A stretch of 15,343 nt of DNA from Bacteroidota bacterium (GTDB taxonomy: Bacteria; Bacteroidota; Bacteroidia; AKYH767-A; 2013-40CM-41-45): positions 1-15,343 of the forward strand of contig JANOBV010000231.1 of assembly GCA_031411835.1 (NCBI GenBank), read 5' to 3'. The notes under the pieces are model-generated. The model was not told the origin of the DNA and made no database searches. It worked only from the letters and a program-made list of their open reading frames with translations. This document shows, piece by piece, positions 12,715 to 15,343 of this stretch. The position numbers and the translations under genes were made by a program. Positions within the stretch are counted from its first letter, which is position 1. Each line of letters opens with the position of its first letter.

Positions 12715-14151
12715 TTATTCAAAATACATGATGCAAACAAATGTCCCAACGATCACACAAACAAAATCTACTAGCAACATAATGCCGAGCGTATATCTCG
12801 CTTCTTTCACATTTACTGAGCCGAAGTAAAGAGCAAGCACATAAAAAGTTGTTTCAGCTGCGCCTTGGAACAGACATGAAAGTTGCCCGGTCAAACTGTC
12901 GGGACCATATGTTTTCATTGCGTCGAGCATGAATCCGCGTGAACCACCTGCACTGAATGGGCGCATCAAAGCAACGGGAATTGCATTCGTTACTTGCGGA
13001 TCTACATTGAAGACACCCATTGTTGCGCGTATTCCTTTCATCACAATTTCCATCAAGCCGGAATTACGAAAGATGCTCAATGCAACAAGCATGGCAATCA
13101 TGTATGGCAACACTCGTACTGCAGTTGTAAATCCATCTTTCGCACCGGTAACAAATGAATCGAAAATATTTGTCTGATTAAGTTTGAAGACTTTTTCATT
13201 CAACAAACTGTATAGGACAATTGCAAGAATGATAAATAGCAGAACAGCATTACTTAAATTTCCTGTGAAATGCATTTTTTCTATCCCACCAAGTTTGGAA
13301 ATGTAAAATAAAAGCAAGCCAATTATTGCACTCACGCCTGTAACGAAAAATATCACTGCACGGTTGAGAAGATTTATTTTTTGCTTGATGCTGACAAAGA
13401 TCAAGGCTGCAATTGTTCCGACAAAAGAAGTTATAATGCATGGAATCATAATGTCCGACGGATTAGCTGCATGTTGAGCGGCGCGATAACCGATGATCGA
13501 TGTTGGAATGAGCGTCAATCCGGCCGCATGCAAACACAAAAACATGATCTGACTATTCGAAGCAACTTCTTTATTCTTATTTGCCTCTTGCATACTTTCC
13601 ATTGCTTTCAATCCAAATGGCGTTGCAGCATTATCGAGTCCAAGGAAATTCGCTGCGAAATTCATTGTCATAAATCCGTAAGCAGGATGACCTTTCGGCA
13701 ATTCAGGGAAGATCTTCACGAATAGCGGTGTCATGAATCTAGCAAGTTTATCTAATGCATTTGATGCGCTCAATAAATTTAGCAATCCGCAAAAGAATGT
13801 TAGATATCCGATCAATGGCAACCAAATTTCGAGCAGCGTATTTTTACACGTAACAAAAATACCATCAGCCGGTTGTTTGCCGGAAGAGATCTGAACGGTT
13901 CCGGTTTCATTCAACAGATAGAGAGTGTCGCCACTTTGAATTCCTGCTGTCCCGGATTGAAGAAGCGCTGAATAAAATGCAGTATCTCCCGTTTGAAAAT
14001 CCTTTACGGGCTTTTCTGCAATGAGCACAGGATCATTTTGCTTTCCATTTACAACTTGTCCAATCGTATATAAACGACCGGTAGAAAGCATGATGAGCAG
14101 GTAAATTATGCTACCTGCAATAATAAAAGACCAAAAGCGACTGAGGATCAT
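12715..14151 (-). CDS. Membrane protein with two nucleoside-recognition 'Gate' domains (fused SpmA/SpmB-like) plus an ~100-aa N-terminal transmembrane/extracytoplasmic extension
   Basis: 478 aa and multi-pass. The first Gate-like block is RFMTPLFVKIFPELPKGHPAYGFMTMNFAANFLGLDNAATPFGLKAM. The second is VLPYMIAMLVALSIFRNSGLMEIVMKGIRATMGVFNVDPQ...YGPDSLTGQLSCLFQGAAETTFYVLALYFGSVNV. The start is ATG at 14151-14149. Confidence 0.7.
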   Translation of the reverse strand: MILSRFWSFIIAGSIIYLLIMLSTGRLYTIGQVVNGKQNDPVLIAEKPVKDFQTGDTAFYSALLQSGTAGIQSGDTLYLLNETGTVQISSGKQPADGIFVTCKNTLLEIWLPLIGYLTFFCGLLNLLSASNALDKLARFMTPLFVKIFPELPKGHPAYGFMTMNFAANFLGLDNAATPFGLKAMESMQEANKNKEVASNSQIMFLCLHAAGLTLIPTSIIGYRAAQHAANPSDIMIPCIITSFVGTIAALIFVSIKQKINLLNRAVIFFVTGVSAIIGLLLFYISKLGGIEKMHFTGNLSNAVLLFIILAIVLYSLLNEKVFKLNQTNIFDSFVTGAKDGFTTAVRVLPYMIAMLVALSIFRNSGLMEIVMKGIRATMGVFNVDPQVTNAIPVALMRPFSAGGSRGFMLDAMKTYGPDSLTGQLSCLFQGAAETTFYVLALYFGSVNVKEARYTLGIMLLVDFVCVIVGTFVCIMYFE

Positions 14152-14153
14152 AG

Positions 14154-14159
14154 TTCCTC
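14154..14159 (-). promoter_or_regulatory. Shine-Dalgarno-like GAGGAA, 2-4 nt upstream of the Gate-domain gene ATG. This is the only clear SD in the window.
   Basis: Minus strand reads tgtGAGGAActATG. The other starts in the window lack purine-rich SD sequences. Confidence 0.3.
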
Positions 14160-14281
14160 ACAAGAAAACAATAAAAGATGAAATTGAATAGCTTGTTTTG
14201 AAGTCTATCAAAGAACATTTCAACAGCTATAAACTTATAAGTGTAGATGCGTTTCCTCAATACTGAACATTAATTATTAAA

Positions 14282-15343
14282 TCATTTCTTCACTATAACG
14301 ATCTTACTAACCCTATACACCAAAAAAATTGTAAGCAACATAATGCTTGTAGCTACCATTGCTAACGTATCATAATGTTCCAATGGTGAGAAATTATCTT
14401 TTTGTACGATGATCACACCGGCTAACATAGCACCGAATCCACCTGCCATTTGTTGTAAGGATGCATTGATACTCATAAATGCGCCTCTATCTTGCGGTTG
14501 TGGTATTGCTGACGTAAGCGCAACTGCCGGAACCATTCTGCTCATGATACTTGCCATCATCAAAACGTTTGCGACAAGTACGATCCAAAATGGGGTTGCA
14601 GAAAAGTGTGCGTAAATATTTATTAATACTGCCGCCATAAGAGTTGCTCCGGCAAATATTTTGAATTTACTTACACGATCACTTAATCGACCGATTAGTG
14701 GCATCGTTATTAACGTAGCAAGACCGGTGATAAGAAATACTATCGGTAATTGTGATTGTGTAATTTTCAAATTGTTAATTGCAAATGCACTTCCGAAAGG
14801 CATCATCATAAATCCACCAATGGAAAGTAATGCCGTTGCTAAAAATCCAATGCGGTAATTTCGCTTTGCTATCGTATGCCATAAATGTTGAACAGCTGTT
14901 TTCTCTCTTTGTAATGCTAAATGTTCGTTGATCGGTTTTAGTTTTAGATAAATTGTTACAACGATCATGGCTGCCATAACTGCAATCCATAAAAATGGAA
15001 CGTGCCATCCCCATTGATTTGCAATAAATAATCCAATTGGAATTCCTAAAACCTGACTCACGCCAAATCCCATTTGTACAAATCCCATTACTTTACCTCT
15101 TTGTTGTAATGTGAATATGTCGGCAATGATTGCCATAGATATAGAACCGATGACGCCACCGAAAATCCCTGTAATAATTCTCGCTGCTAATAACAAATGA
15201 TAATTTGGTGCTAATGCACAGAATAAAGTTCCTAATACAAATCCGATGTAAAAGAAGAGTAACAGTTTTTTACGATCAAAGCGATCAGCAAAACCTGCTG
15301 TAAGTAATCCGGAAATTCCGGCACTGAATGCATAAGCAGAAAC
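14282..15343 (-). CDS. MFS transporter (DHA/'MFS_1'-type, drug or sugar efflux-like), 5'-partial: the N-terminus lies beyond the window
   Basis: The track ORF starts at a TTG (15196), but the frame stays open to the window edge. Manual translation of 15343->15197 gives VSAYAFSAGISGLLTAGFADRFDRKKLLLFFYIGFVLGTLFCALAPNYH, contiguous with LLAARIITGIFGG. That yields the MFS motif A-like G-x-L-x-D-R-x-G-R-K and about 10 more helices downstream. Confidence 0.8.
   Translation of the reverse strand, partial: VSAYAFSAGISGLLTAGFADRFDRKKLLLFFYIGFVLGTLFCALAPNYHLLLAARIITGIFGGVIGSISMAIIADIFTLQQRGKVMGFVQMGFGVSQVLGIPIGLFIANQWGWHVPFLWIAVMAAMIVVTIYLKLKPINEHLALQREKTAVQHLWHTIAKRNYRIGFLATALLSIGGFMMMPFGSAFAINNLKITQSQLPIVFLITGLATLITMPLIGRLSDRVSKFKIFAGATLMAAVLINIYAHFSATPFWIVLVANVLMMASIMSRMVPAVALTSAIPQPQDRGAFMSINASLQQMAGGFGAMLAGVIIVQKDNFSPLEHYDTLAMVATSIMLLTIFLVYRVSKIVIVKK

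Overview
This is a gene-dense, low-GC bacterial chromosomal segment with no rRNA, tRNA, CRISPR array or transposase recognisable by eye. The lineage is probably Bacteroidota: five TAnnTTTG '-7'-type promoter motifs lie 23-66 nt upstream of start codons, and Shine-Dalgarno sequences are nearly absent. Features run as follows. (1) A perfect (CATTT)26 microsatellite at 1-130 is cut by the window edge; its degenerate last units form the final codons and stop of (2) a flotillin-like SPFH/band-7 protein on the minus strand. (3) A GNAT acetyltransferase is disrupted by an in-frame TAG and a frameshift. (4) A small secreted protein follows. (5) A YiiX/YaeF-type permuted papain-like amidase follows. 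(6) A DUF1801 protein follows. (7) A 1308-aa soluble CheB-CheR-PAS-HisKA-HATPase-REC hybrid histidine kinase has a linker of seven consecutive heptads of [NK][EQ]E[LI]xx[ST], which is the MCP-type EExxA[ST] methyl-accepting motif, encoded by a 21-bp DNA tandem repeat. (8) An AmpG-like MFS permease follows. (9) A markedly lower-GC (~25-32%) polysaccharide block follows: a divergently transcribed NAD-dependent epimerase/dehydratase, then a GT4 glycosyltransferase and an SGNH/GDSL hydrolase with overlapping reading frames. These are coupled with only a 2-bp gap to (10) a ~50%-GC fused SpmA/SpmB 'Gate'-domain membrane protein. (11) A 5'-partial DHA-type MFS transporter runs off the right edge. The most interesting candidate is the possibly self-methylating kinase linker. 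The microsatellite, the compositional island and the repeated TTCGAA palindromes in the AmpG/epimerase divergent promoter region are also worth follow-up.
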